A stretch of DNA of 64,000 bases, from the NCBI GenBank assembly GCA_039714075.1, contig JBDLKA010000006.1, forward strand, positions 1 to 64,000, in the 5' to 3' direction. Both the position numbers and the translations under genes were made by a program. How positions within the stretch are numbered: the stretch's first letter is position 1; each line of letters begins with the position of its first letter. The notes under the pieces were generated by a model. The model searched no databases. It worked only from the letters and a program-made list of their open reading frames with translations, and was not told where the DNA came from. Below are positions 20,079-29,785 of the stretch, piece by piece. The DNA comes from Candidatus Krumholzibacteriota bacterium (GTDB taxonomy: Bacteria; Krumholzibacteriota; Krumholzibacteriia; LZORAL124-64-63).

Positions 20079-20692
20079 CCGAGGCCTTCTGGTTCACGGT
20101 CGAATACTTCCGCCAGGGCGGCTGGATCATGTTGCCGCTGGTGGCCACGTCAGTGGTCCTGTGGACGATGATCGTGGACCGCTGGCGCGAGTTCCGGGTT
20201 TTGGGCCGGGGTGATCTCGATACGAAAGAGATCATCGCCCTGGCCGCGGGCCGGGGAGAGGTTCCCGCAGGTCCGGGCGCGGGTCTGAAAGCCCGCCTGG
20301 TGCGCGATTTCCTGAAGGAACGGTCGGGCGTGGTCCGGCTGGACCGGAAAATCCTCGGCCAGGTTTCGCTCCAGCTTCAGCAGTCCCTGGACGCGCGGCT
20401 GGCCGCCATCGCGGTGCTGGCCGCGGTGGCACCCCTGCTGGGTCTGCTGGGCACGGTGCTGGGCATGATCGAGACCTTCGACGTGATATCGGTCTTCGGC
20501 ACGGGCAACTCGCGCGCGATGGCGAGCGGCATTTCCATTGCCCTGATCACCACGCAGACCGGTCTGCTGGTGGCCATCCCCGGCATGTTGATGAGCAACC
20601 GCCTGAACCGGACCGCGCAAAGGCTCAAAACGAGCCTGGACGAAACCACGGCGGTCCTGGCCCGCCATCTGACCGAAGGGGCCTCGTCATGA
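20075..20692 (+). CDS. exbB: ExbB-family protein
   Basis: APLLGLLGTVLGMIETF, GISIALITTQTGL. Confidence 0.9.
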   Translation: MTEAFWFTVEYFRQGGWIMLPLVATSVVLWTMIVDRWREFRVLGRGDLDTKEIIALAAGRGEVPAGPGAGLKARLVRDFLKERSGVVRLDRKILGQVSLQLQQSLDARLAAIAVLAAVAPLLGLLGTVLGMIETFDVISVFGTGNSRAMASGISIALITTQTGLLVAIPGMLMSNRLNRTAQRLKTSLDETTAVLARHLTEGASS

Positions 20693-21108
20693 TCAACGTA
20701 CGCAACACCCTGCGCGGCGGTGGCAGCGAAGTGAACATCAACATGGGTCCGTTGGTGGACATGGTGTTCCTGCTGCTGATCTTTTTCGTGGTGACGACTT
20801 CGTTCGTGAAGGAAACGGGTATCGACGTCCAGCGCTCCACCGCGGCCACCGCCGAAAGAAAGGAGCGGGGCAACATCATGCTCGGCATCAGCGCCGACGG
20901 GCAGGTCTACATCGAGGGCAAGCGCATCGACGTGCGCAGCGTGCGGGCCCTGGTCGAACGCGCTTTGGCCGAAGACCCCGAAAGCGGCGTGGTGATCGTG
21001 GCCGACAAGGACAGCAACACCGGCACCGTGGTGCAGGCCATGGACCAGTGCCGGCTGGCCGGTGCGATGAACGTGAGCCTGGCAGCCAAGCAGGAATACG
21101 GCGAATGA
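20689..21108 (+). CDS. exbD: ExbD-family protein
   Basis: NMGPLVDMVFLLLIFFVVTTSF. Confidence 0.93.
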   Translation: MINVRNTLRGGGSEVNINMGPLVDMVFLLLIFFVVTTSFVKETGIDVQRSTAATAERKERGNIMLGISADGQVYIEGKRIDVRSVRALVERALAEDPESGVVIVADKDSNTGTVVQAMDQCRLAGAMNVSLAAKQEYGE

Positions 21109-21731
21109 CTATTCGCAAGGGCATGCTGTTGGCGTACGCGGCCACGGTGGCGGTGGTGTTGAACATCGTCCTGTTCGCCTCGGCGGCGCTGTTGTCGCGC
21201 GACCGGCCCGTCCGGGATGTGACCCTGGATCCCGTCTCGGTGAACCTGGTCACGTTGAAGCCCGCGACTCCGCCCCCGCCCGAGAAGAAGCGGGAAATCC
21301 CCAAACCCAAGCCCAAACCCCGGCTGGATTTCACGCCCGAACTGGCCCGGCCCTCGTTGCGGGGTCCGGCGCCCCTGGATGTCCAGGTGCAGATCGATCC
21401 TTCCCTGTTTGCGGGCAGGCCCGAACACGGCGAGTTCATCTTCAACAGCGGCGATCTGGACCAGCCGCCGCGGAAGGTGATTCAAACCGAGCCTGTATAT
21501 CCCTACAAAGCGCGGCAGCGGAACATCACAGGCTTCGTGAAAGTCAAGATGCTGGTTCGGGCGGACGGCACCGTTGGAGAAGTGTCCGTGCTTGATGCCA
21601 AACCGAAAGGGTTGTTCGACTCGGCGGCCCTGAAGGCCGTTCCCTCGTGGAAATTCCAGCCGGGTGTTATCGACGGCCAGGCTGTTCCTTCCTGGGTGGT
21701 AACAACCATTCGGTTCACGCTTAACGACTGA
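21105..21731 (+). CDS. tonB: energy transducer TonB
   Basis: N-terminal TM, Pro-rich linker, YPYKARQRNITGFV, WKFQPG. Confidence 0.92.
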   Translation: MTIRKGMLLAYAATVAVVLNIVLFASAALLSRDRPVRDVTLDPVSVNLVTLKPATPPPPEKKREIPKPKPKPRLDFTPELARPSLRGPAPLDVQVQIDPSLFAGRPEHGEFIFNSGDLDQPPRKVIQTEPVYPYKARQRNITGFVKVKMLVRADGTVGEVSVLDAKPKGLFDSAALKAVPSWKFQPGVIDGQAVPSWVVTTIRFTLND

Positions 21732-21737
21732 GGGGTG

Positions 21738-21921
21738 GTGATGGGGCGGTTCTTTTCTTCCGGTTGGGGTGTTGCTTCGTGTTCGGGGGCGTTTGTCCGC
21801 AACTTCCTGTTGCGGACTCACTCGGCATTCCGGTCTCTCCGCCATCCATGGCTCCGAAACCTCCATGACGCCCCGCACACGAAGCAACACCCCAACCGGA
21901 AGAAAAGAATCGCTCCATCGC
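21738..21921. repeat. long palindromic (MITE/REP-like) element within the 5' end of the TPR gene
   Basis: 33-bp perfect inverted repeat 21750-21782/21877-21909 within ~54-bp arms; internal hairpin GTCCGCAAC-TTCCT-GTTGCGGAC; GCCATCCATGGC core. Confidence 0.9.
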
Positions 21922-23126
21922 TAGCGCTCGGAATATTAATTGTGATCTTCCCCATGGCGGTTACAGCACAGGAAGAGCCGGACCTTCGACAAGAGCAGGC
22001 CGCCATCGAATCCGGGGAAGGGCTCAGTGCGCGGGCCAAAAAGGCACTCTTTCGGGCGCGGTCGAAGCAAGACGAAGGTGATTTCGAAAGCGCCGCTCGG
22101 ATCATGTCCGAATTTTTGGAGGGGAAGCCCGAGCGGGAGCATCCGCTGCTTCTTTTGAATCTGGCCTTGAGTCATTTTGCCCTGGAGCAGGACGCGCCAG
22201 CTTATGAAGCCTTGAAAAAGGCGGTGGAACTGGAACCGCGGTACGGGCGGGGCTGGCTGCGGCTGGGCGAAGCGGCCTATAACCTGGAAAAGTACGCGGA
22301 GGCCGGGGAGGCCTTCGCCTGTTCCTACGATCTGACCCCGGAACACACTCCCGACATCCTTTACTACGCCGGGGTCAGCCTGCTGACCGGGAAAAAGCCC
22401 GAGCGCGCGCTGACGGTGTTGGAGAAGCTGCTGAAAGAACATCGCGACGGGGCGGATCTCGATTGGTATCAGGCCCTGATTTCGGCGGGGATCGAAGCCG
22501 GGCAGCCGGGGCGCGTGGCCACGTTGCTTGATAACCTGCTGGCCGACTATTCCTCCGAACCGCGGGCCTGGGGACTGGGCTACCAGTTCGCCGCGGCGCG
22601 GGAGGACTACCGGACCGCAGCGGTTTGTTTGACCGTCACCGGTTATCTGCGGCCCCTGACCCGTGACGAATCCATCCAGTTGGGAGACCTCTACGCCGTG
22701 ATTTCCGTGCCTTTGCAGGCCGCCCGGTATTACGAAAAAGCCATGGGCCTGCCGGGGACGGGCGAGGGCGCCGAAGCGGGCCGCGCGGACGAGTTCGAGC
22801 GCCTGGCTTCGGCCTGGCTCGGGGCCCACGATCACGAAAGGGCGCGGGCCACGCTGCAAACGGCCATCGGTGAGAAGGAAACGGTCGAGCTGTGGTCCCT
22901 GCTGGGGGATCTGGAATATATGGACGAGGATTTCGAGGCCGCCCTGAAGGCCTTCGGCCGCGCCTGCGCTCTGGACCAGGATTTCGGCCGCGGCTGGCTG
23001 ATGATGGGCTACTGCGCCATCGAACTGGACCGCCCGGGTGAGGCCCGTCGGCACTTGAACAAGGCGGCCGCCTATCCCGGCACCGAAGCCGGCGCGCGCA
23101 GTCTGCTGGACAGGGTCGGCTCATGA
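21741..23126 (+). CDS. tetratricopeptide repeat protein (TtpD-like)
   Basis: TPR motifs; follows tonB; ATG 21741 after GAGGGG; signal-peptide-like segment at about residues 54-76. Confidence 0.85.
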   Translation: MGRFFSSGWGVASCSGAFVRNFLLRTHSAFRSLRHPWLRNLHDAPHTKQHPNRKKRIAPSLALGILIVIFPMAVTAQEEPDLRQEQAAIESGEGLSARAKKALFRARSKQDEGDFESAARIMSEFLEGKPEREHPLLLLNLALSHFALEQDAPAYEALKKAVELEPRYGRGWLRLGEAAYNLEKYAEAGEAFACSYDLTPEHTPDILYYAGVSLLTGKKPERALTVLEKLLKEHRDGADLDWYQALISAGIEAGQPGRVATLLDNLLADYSSEPRAWGLGYQFAAAREDYRTAAVCLTVTGYLRPLTRDESIQLGDLYAVISVPLQAARYYEKAMGLPGTGEGAEAGRADEFERLASAWLGAHDHERARATLQTAIGEKETVELWSLLGDLEYMDEDFEAALKAFGRACALDQDFGRGWLMMGYCAIELDRPGEARRHLNKAAAYPGTEAGARSLLDRVGS

Positions 23127-24232
23127 AAAAGAAACTCATGCTGATGGCGGGCGGTGTTTTCTTTGCCTTTCTGATCGGGGAGGTGGCCGCCCGCGTCGTC
23201 CTGCCCCTGCTGCCGGATCCGCCCGACACGCCGTTCGTAGGGGACGAGGCCTGCATGTATCGCCTGCGTCCCAGCGAGCCGGGCGAATTTCCGGAGGACC
23301 ACGACCACCACATCAACCAGCTCGGTTTCCGGGACCGCAATCATTCCCGGACCAAACCCGAGGGACGTTTGCGCGTGCTGGGCCTGGGTGACTCCTTCGT
23401 GTACGGCTGGGTGTCGATACAGGACAACTTCCTGCGCGTGGCCGAACGCCGGTTCAACTCCGGCGGGGTTCAGGCGGACATCCTGTTGATGGGCGTGCCG
23501 GGCTGGAGCACGGAAAACCAGTTGGGGTATCTGCAAAGCGAAGGCCTGGGTCTGGACCCGGACCTGGTGGTGGTGAACTTCTACGTGGAAAACGACGTGA
23601 CCGGGATTCCCGTCCGGGGCCGTGTCATCCGCGGCAACCTCTTCCCGACGACCAGCCCCCTGCCGGTGCGCAACCTGCTCCGCAAATCGCAATTGTTCCT
23701 CATGTTCGAAAGCCTGGTTTTACGCGGTATCATGAAAAAGGTCCGGGGCGATGATTCCTCCGGTCCCGCGTCGGACTCCGCGCCGGTCAACGACATATAT
23801 CTGAGAATTTTGGACCAGAACCTGCCGGTGTATCTGCGCCAACCCGATCCGCGCACCGAGGCCCTGTGGGCCGAAGCGATAGGTTACCTGGAAGAAATCG
23901 ACGCCGCCTGCGCCGCTGCGGACGTACCCTGGATGGTCGTTCTGATCCCCGGTGAAATCCAGGTGGACACCGCCGTCAGATCACAGGTTTTGGGCCAGTT
24001 GGGGTTGCCGGCGGATGCTTATGATTTTGACGCTCCCCAGCAACGGCTGGTAAGCTGGGGCCATGCGCGTCAGGTGGCCGTTCTGGACTTGCTGTCCACC
24101 CTGCGTCATGAACACAAGCCGGATGCCCGGCTGTACGTGCCCAACGACACCCATTGGAACATACGGGGCAACCAGGTCGCCGGATTGACGTTGTCCCGTA
24201 GCCTGACGGACATCCTTCACCGTAAACCCTAG
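23123..24232 (+). CDS. SGNH/GDSL hydrolase family protein (AlgX/AlgJ-like)
   Basis: GDSFVYG, ENDV, DTHWN; N-terminal TM. Confidence 0.85.
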   Translation: MKKKLMLMAGGVFFAFLIGEVAARVVLPLLPDPPDTPFVGDEACMYRLRPSEPGEFPEDHDHHINQLGFRDRNHSRTKPEGRLRVLGLGDSFVYGWVSIQDNFLRVAERRFNSGGVQADILLMGVPGWSTENQLGYLQSEGLGLDPDLVVVNFYVENDVTGIPVRGRVIRGNLFPTTSPLPVRNLLRKSQLFLMFESLVLRGIMKKVRGDDSSGPASDSAPVNDIYLRILDQNLPVYLRQPDPRTEALWAEAIGYLEEIDAACAAADVPWMVVLIPGEIQVDTAVRSQVLGQLGLPADAYDFDAPQQRLVSWGHARQVAVLDLLSTLRHEHKPDARLYVPNDTHWNIRGNQVAGLTLSRSLTDILHRKP

Positions 24233-24244
24233 AAAGAGAAACCC

Positions 24245-25447
24245 GTGGACAAGGCCTGCATCACCAAACAGCCCCAGGGGCTGAGCGTCTTCGAAAAATA
24301 CCTGACCGCCTGGGTGCTGCTGTGCATCGGGGCGGGCATTGTTCTGGGCAAACTCGCGCCCCAGGCGGCGCGCTATCTCGACAGTCTGGCCATCACTTCG
24401 AACGGTGCGCCTATCGTTTCCATCCCCATCGCCGTGTGCCTGTTTTTCATGATGTATCCCATCATGGTCAAGATCGATTTCAGCGAAGTGGTCAAGGCCG
24501 GCAAGTCGGTCAAACCCGTGGGGCTGACCCTGGTCATCAACTGGCTGATCAAACCGTTTACCATGGTGGCGATCTCGGCGTTTTTCCTGGGCGTTCTCTT
24601 CAAGGGATTGATCGGCGCCGAGGCCGTGGATCTGCTCAGGATGCCCCTGGGCCTGGACCTGCCGCTGGGCGCGACCCACGGCGACGGCACCGTGGTGCTG
24701 GTCGACGGCATCAAGATGCTGGAAATCCCCCTGTGGCGCAGCTATCTGGCCGGCTGCATCCTGCTGGGCATCGCGCCCTGCACCGCGATGGTCCTGGTCT
24801 GGGGCTACCTGGCCCGCGGCAACGATGGCCACACGCTGGTCATGGTGGCCATCAATTCGCTGACCATGCTGTTCGTGTTCGGGCCCCTGGGCGGATTCCT
24901 GCTGGGCGTGGGCCGCTTGCCGGTGCCCTGGCAGGCGTTGCTGCTTTCGATCGGGATCTATGTCGCCCTGCCGCTGGTGGCGGGCTTCGTCTCGCGCAAG
25001 GCCATCATCGCGACCAAGGGACAGCAGTGGTTCGAGGAAAAATTCCTGCACGTGCTGACGCCGATCACCATCGTTTCGCTGCTGGCCACGCTGGTGCTGC
25101 TGTTTTCGTTCAAGGGCGAAGTGATCATCGCCAATCCGCTGACGATCCTGTGGATCGCTGTCCCGCTGTTTATCCAGACGGTGTTGATTTTCGGGTTGGG
25201 CTGGTTCCTGTCGCGCCGGCTGGGGCTGACCTACGAAGACGCCGCGCCCACGGCCATGATCGGCGCGAGCAACCATTTCGAGGTGGCCATCGCCACGGCG
25301 GTCATGCTGTTCGGGTTGTCTTCCGGGGCGGCGCTGGCCACGGTGGTCGGGGTGCTGATCGAGGTACCGGTCATGCTGATGCTGGTCAGGATCTGTCTCA
25401 AGACCCGTCATCGTTTCGCTCCCGGCACGTCAGCCGGCGCGAGGTGA
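24245..25447 (+). CDS. acr3: ACR3-family arsenite efflux transporter
   Basis: [50 protein letters not shown]. Confidence 0.95.
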   Translation: MDKACITKQPQGLSVFEKYLTAWVLLCIGAGIVLGKLAPQAARYLDSLAITSNGAPIVSIPIAVCLFFMMYPIMVKIDFSEVVKAGKSVKPVGLTLVINWLIKPFTMVAISAFFLGVLFKGLIGAEAVDLLRMPLGLDLPLGATHGDGTVVLVDGIKMLEIPLWRSYLAGCILLGIAPCTAMVLVWGYLARGNDGHTLVMVAINSLTMLFVFGPLGGFLLGVGRLPVPWQALLLSIGIYVALPLVAGFVSRKAIIATKGQQWFEEKFLHVLTPITIVSLLATLVLLFSFKGEVIIANPLTILWIAVPLFIQTVLIFGLGWFLSRRLGLTYEDAAPTAMIGASNHFEVAIATAVMLFGLSSGAALATVVGVLIEVPVMLMLVRICLKTRHRFAPGTSAGAR

Positions 25448-25829
25448 GGGATATGATCTCGAGTTGATACTTCTTCGAGCCCCCGCGGGCGGCGTGGCAA
25501 ATGTCCACCAGCCGGTCGTCGGGTCGGCTCCACAGGCCTTCCTGATTCAGCCAGGTTTTCGGTGTCCCGCACCAACCGGCGGTCCGCACGATCAGTCCCC
25601 CGTGTTCACTGAATTCATAGCCGGGGCGATTTCCTGTCAGAGCGGCCGCCCGCATGAAGACCTTGGCTCCGTCATCGGTCTCGCCCTCGTAAACCCAGAC
25701 GCCGACCAGGGTCCGTTGCTGGTCGAGCCCGGGGTCGGGTTCCGAGGTGCTGGTGCAGGCGGCCAAAAGCAGGGTCAGCCCCATGGCGAAGGCGATATTG
25801 ACGATCGCGAAATGTCCCCTGTCGATCAT
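25398..25829 (-). CDS. hypothetical lipoprotein (lipocalin-like)
   Basis: ATG after GGAAGGG; lipobox [22 protein letters not shown]. Confidence 0.65.
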   Translation of the reverse strand: MIDRGHFAIVNIAFAMGLTLLLAACTSTSEPDPGLDQQRTLVGVWVYEGETDDGAKVFMRAAALTGNRPGYEFSEHGGLIVRTAGWCGTPKTWLNQEGLWSRPDDRLVDICHAARGGSKKYQLEIISLTSRRLTCRERNDDGS

Positions 25830-25867
25830 GACCCTTCCTTTCGCTTTCGAAATACCGGCTCCGGTGT

Positions 25868-26230
25868 TCATCGTCTTCGGGGCGATTGTATTGGTGTTCG
25901 TTCCGCAACCCTGACGGGGTTTGATTTGGCCCCGCCCCTGGGCGGTTTGGTCACCCTGTCGCGGGAGGGGCGATGGGGGGCGGGGCTTTTGGTCCGTGGC
26001 GGGTGTTCCCCCGTGGCGGAATCCCTGACCAAGGGTTCCTTTCGAGGGGGCCGTGGCCTGGGACCCGGACAAGGTCCGGTGGGCGGAACCGGGGGCGGCC
26101 AGGGGTCGTGGACGATGACGATTACGGGAGGGTCGTAGCATCCCTGATAGGGAAGTGGTGTGCATCCCGCCATAAGCAGGATTCCAATCGTAAGAAGCGA
26201 GGCGGATGCAATCGTGGTCGATATTTTCAT
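25868..26230 (-). CDS. Pro/Arg-rich small lipoprotein
   Basis: GGAGG RBS; lipobox MAGC; low-complexity tail. Confidence 0.65.
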   Translation of the reverse strand: MKISTTIASASLLTIGILLMAGCTPLPYQGCYDPPVIVIVHDPWPPPVPPTGPCPGPRPRPPRKEPLVRDSATGEHPPRTKSPAPHRPSRDRVTKPPRGGAKSNPVRVAERTPIQSPRRR

Positions 26231-26252
26231 CAGAAAACCTCCAATGCTGCTT

Positions 26253-26355
26253 AATTTAGGTTAATGCATTAATGATGTCAACATTATGTCTTTAAAGTAA
26301 AATAGTGTCAAGTCATTAATTTTGGGTTGCCGGTTTCGTGGCTGTATGCTATAAG
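26253..26355. promoter_or_regulatory. divergent promoter region
   Basis: Minus strand: TTGACA-17-TAAATT (26281-26253) and TTGACA-17-CATAAT (26311-26283); plus strand: TTGCCG-17-TATAAG with extended TG; palindrome TTAATGCATTAA 26261-26272. Confidence 0.65.
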
Positions 26356-26404
26356 GTTTTTAAATACAACAATTTGACTGCGGTTTGATTGACAGGAGAT
26401 CGCC

Positions 26405-27361
26405 ATGACACTGGGCCGACCGCACAGCAAGGACTATCCGGAGAAATACAGGGATTCCTTCGCATTGTACCAGTTGACCCAACCCCAGACCCAGGCCGGC
26501 AGCACCCTGGCCGACCAGGTCGCGGCCTATCTCGAATGGGCCATCACCGAAAAGCAGGCCGGTTTCGAGAAGGGTGAGATCATCAGCATCGGGGCCCTGG
26601 CCGAAGGCTTGGGGAAATCCCGCAATACGGCGGCCAAGGGCGTGGAACAGCTGGTGGCCATGGGCATGCTGGCCCGGACCAAGCTGAAATCCCCCTACGA
26701 GATCGTTTCCCGGGTGCCCATCTTCAAGGATTCGAGCCTGGTGGCCGACGAGCAGATTTCCCTGACCATGAAGATGGATTCGGAATCCACCTTCAGCAAT
26801 GTCCGCCGGCTCAGGTTTCCCAACCCGGACGATCCTTTCGCCACGCTTCTGGTCGACGAGCTGGCCGCCAGTAGCGACGGGCTCGTCAAGGATGCGGCGG
26901 CGGGCGACTGGACCGAGGGCGAGGTTCTGTACTACCTGCGCATGCGGTCGATCAAACAGGACGGGGGTTCCATAGGCTACCTGGCCGAGGTCACCTTCCT
27001 AAACCTGACGCCCGACCAGTCCTACCGTTTCGTCGAACGATTCACGCTTCTTCACGACCAGCACGTTTCGCGCTTTTCCATGTATTCGGTGCTGGAGCAA
27101 TGCGGGTTGACGGACCTGCGCGCGGGCCGGACCCAGGTGTCGGTCGGCAATCCGCCCGGTTTCATCGCCCACGAACTGGAGGGGTTCATCAACGGACGCA
27201 CCATCGACATGGCCGATTATTCGGCGGGCAAGACCATGCTCAAATGGAACTACGCCCTGTTCCAGCCCGCGGCCAATCCCATGGCCACTTTTTCGGTTTG
27301 CTTCGTGCGTCCGGACCTGATAGGAATATTCATTCGCAAGCTTGATGTCGAGTTGAAATAG
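26405..27361 (+). CDS. GntR-type winged-HTH regulator with atypical C-terminal domain
   Basis: LADQVAAYL...GEIISIGALAEGLGKSRNTAAKGVEQLVAMGML. Confidence 0.72.
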   Translation: MTLGRPHSKDYPEKYRDSFALYQLTQPQTQAGSTLADQVAAYLEWAITEKQAGFEKGEIISIGALAEGLGKSRNTAAKGVEQLVAMGMLARTKLKSPYEIVSRVPIFKDSSLVADEQISLTMKMDSESTFSNVRRLRFPNPDDPFATLLVDELAASSDGLVKDAAAGDWTEGEVLYYLRMRSIKQDGGSIGYLAEVTFLNLTPDQSYRFVERFTLLHDQHVSRFSMYSVLEQCGLTDLRAGRTQVSVGNPPGFIAHELEGFINGRTIDMADYSAGKTMLKWNYALFQPAANPMATFSVCFVRPDLIGIFIRKLDVELK

Positions 27362-27370
27362 GAGGGGCCC

Positions 27371-28366
27371 ATGAGAACATTCGTGATGTTGATGATGATC
27401 CTGATGTTGATTGGCGCGGCGGGATGCGGCAAGAAGGAAGAGGCGACCGACCAGACAGCGGCCGCGGACCAGCCGCCCACCCTGGAACAGACGAAAGTAA
27501 AGGTTCCCCCTCCGGCGGCGGACAAGCCCGCCGATCCGTTTTTGACCAAACTGAAAAACGCCACCTATACCGGCGTCCAGGAGCAGGACCCGGTGACCCT
27601 GACGGATGGCCTGTGGGAAGGCGAACCCTCGGCAGAGGGCGGCGCCTCGCGGCCGCGCGTCCAGTTCGTGCGCGACTACCATCTGGTGGGCGACCTCGAC
27701 GGCGACGGTCAGGATGAAGCGGCCGTCGTGCTGACCGCCGGCTCGGGGGGAACGGTCGAGAACTCGTACCTGGCCGTGCTCGGCCTCAGGGAAGGCGAAC
27801 TGCGGAACCTGGACACCGTGCTGCTGGGCGACCGCGTGCAGATCCGCAAATCGGGCATCCTGGAAGGCCGCATCTTCATGGACATCCTGCGGGCGGGACC
27901 CGAAGACGCCCTGAGCAATCCCGGAAATCTTGAAGGAGCTGCCTGGAGGCTGGAAAACGACAAGCTCGTGGCCATGGAAGCAGCCAGCGCGCCCCTGAGA
28001 TTGTCGTTGGATTCCGTGGCGGGACCCGAATGGGTGCTGCGCTGGTGGACCCTGGACGAAGAGGCGCCCGCCGAACCCGAAGTGACACTCAGCTTCCTGG
28101 ACGGCCGGCTCGGCGGCAGCAGCGGCTGCAATACCTATTCCGCCGCCGCCAACACCGGCGAGCAGCCGGGCGATCTCCAGATGGGACCGGCCGCCGGCAC
28201 CAGGAAGATGTGTCCCGAGGAAATCATGGCCGTCGAACAGCGGTACTTGGCCCAGATGGCCGGCGTGAAGAAGTTCGGGTATGTGGCCGGCATGCTGGCG
28301 CTGAGCTTCGAACATGAGAACGGCGGCGGGGTCATGCTGTTCGAGGGGCGGAAGCCGGCGCAGTAG
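27371..28366 (+). CDS. META/HslJ-domain lipoprotein
   Basis: Lipobox AAGC; GSSGCNTY, TRKMCPEEIMAVEQRYL. Confidence 0.88.
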   Translation: MRTFVMLMMILMLIGAAGCGKKEEATDQTAAADQPPTLEQTKVKVPPPAADKPADPFLTKLKNATYTGVQEQDPVTLTDGLWEGEPSAEGGASRPRVQFVRDYHLVGDLDGDGQDEAAVVLTAGSGGTVENSYLAVLGLREGELRNLDTVLLGDRVQIRKSGILEGRIFMDILRAGPEDALSNPGNLEGAAWRLENDKLVAMEAASAPLRLSLDSVAGPEWVLRWWTLDEEAPAEPEVTLSFLDGRLGGSSGCNTYSAAANTGEQPGDLQMGPAAGTRKMCPEEIMAVEQRYLAQMAGVKKFGYVAGMLALSFEHENGGGVMLFEGRKPAQ

Positions 28367-28402
28367 GACCGACGCGAAACGAAATTCAGTTGATCATTGA
28401 TG

Positions 28403-28432
28403 CGAAAACCCGAGGGCAACCTCGGGTTTTCG
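28403..28432. terminator. probable bidirectional terminator hairpin
   Basis: Perfect 13-bp stem CGAAAACCCGAGG/CCTCGGGTTTTCG with GCAA loop, between convergent genes. Confidence 0.7.
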
Positions 28433-28469
28433 TTCATCCAGTCAAAAACAGGATTCCCCGGGAAACCCC

Positions 28470-29765
28470 TCACTCGTCGTTGATGACATCAAGCAGAAAT
28501 TCAGCCGCCCGCTCGCTGTCGAAGCGCGAGACCCAGAACACGGCTTCCTGCTTGATCTCCGGATCGTCTTCGGTGCGGATGATCTCGATCAGCGCGTCCA
28601 GGGCGGCCTCTTCATCGTCCATGCGGGTGATGACGTGGCAGATCTGCTGCTTCATGTCGCGGCTTTCGGCCTTGGCGTAGATCTGCTTCAAAAAATCAAG
28701 GTCCAACTGCTCTCGCTGGGCGGCGAAGTACAGGGCCTGGGTCCGCAGATCCTCGTCGGCCCGGGGGTTGTTGATCAGGTCGATGAAGATCTGGTCGGGG
28801 ACGTCACCCTCGGCGCGTGCCAGGGCGAACAGCGCGGTCTCGATCATTTCGCGTTCGTCGTCCGACTGCAGGATTTCCACCGCAACCGCGGTGACGTCCT
28901 CGTCGCGGCCGGTATGGCTGAGGCCGTACAGGGCCTGCCGGCGCAGTTCGAGGTCGTTCTGCCGATCGCGCACGATATCCGCGAGTACCTGGAAGGCCTT
29001 GTCGCCGCCGTGCCGGCCGATGGCGAACATCGCGGCCTCGTCGATTTCGGGATCATCCACGCGTTTGAAAAGATCGATGATGGCGTCCAGGGCTCGTTCG
29101 CTGTCCTTCATCGACAGGCACATCACCAGCTCGGAGAGCATCTCCGGATCGTCGGTGGTGTTCAACATGTCGATGAGCAGGTCTTCGCTGCGCTCGTCAT
29201 CCATCCGGCAGAGGATGAATACCGAGTGCCGGCGCATCTGTTCGCTGGTTTTCTTTTCCCCGGTGACGATTTTTTCCAGGATGGGCAGCGCCTTGTCCGG
29301 GTCCATGCGCATCAGGGCCTCCAGGGCGGCCACCCGGGTGGCGTCGCGACGCATCTCGTCGTCCGAGAGCTCGTGGATTTCCCGCACGCCCTCGATTTCC
29401 CCTCGCTCGGCAAGTTCCCCGTACAGGCGGGCCAGCAGGGCTTCACCATCGCCCGCGGTTTCGGCCTGGCCGTATTTCTCCTGCTGTAGCCGCAAGAGTT
29501 CGGCGGCGATCTTCAGTTCGTGGGTCTTCTGGAGTTTGTACCGCGCGAAGGCCTGCCAGTACAGGGCGTTGCCGGCTTCCTGCTGCTCTTTTTGCAGTTC
29601 GTAGACTTCTTTCAGAAGTTGAGCCGCCTGCTCGTACCGCGCCTGGTTCAGGAACTCGCGCGCTTCCTGCATCTTCAGTTCGGTGTCTTCGTCGGCCAGG
29701 GCGTATCCGGTGATCGCCAGGGCGGCCACCAGGAAAACGAATCCCACGATGTTCCAGGTTTTCAT
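28470..29765 (-). CDS. exported TPR + HEAT-repeat protein
   Basis: Signal peptide MKTWNIVGF..ALA; NALYWQAFARYKL; repeats such as EAAMFAIG, RQALYGLS, QEAVFWVS. Confidence 0.85.
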   Translation of the reverse strand: MKTWNIVGFVFLVAALAITGYALADEDTELKMQEAREFLNQARYEQAAQLLKEVYELQKEQQEAGNALYWQAFARYKLQKTHELKIAAELLRLQQEKYGQAETAGDGEALLARLYGELAERGEIEGVREIHELSDDEMRRDATRVAALEALMRMDPDKALPILEKIVTGEKKTSEQMRRHSVFILCRMDDERSEDLLIDMLNTTDDPEMLSELVMCLSMKDSERALDAIIDLFKRVDDPEIDEAAMFAIGRHGGDKAFQVLADIVRDRQNDLELRRQALYGLSHTGRDEDVTAVAVEILQSDDEREMIETALFALARAEGDVPDQIFIDLINNPRADEDLRTQALYFAAQREQLDLDFLKQIYAKAESRDMKQQICHVITRMDDEEAALDALIEIIRTEDDPEIKQEAVFWVSRFDSERAAEFLLDVINDE

Positions 29766-29785
29766 GACAGTTCCTTCCTCGCAGT

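Noticed and set aside
21721..21918. 65-aa minus-strand ORF mirroring the TPR N-terminus
   Set aside because: A by-product of the inverted repeat; no independent evidence that it is a gene
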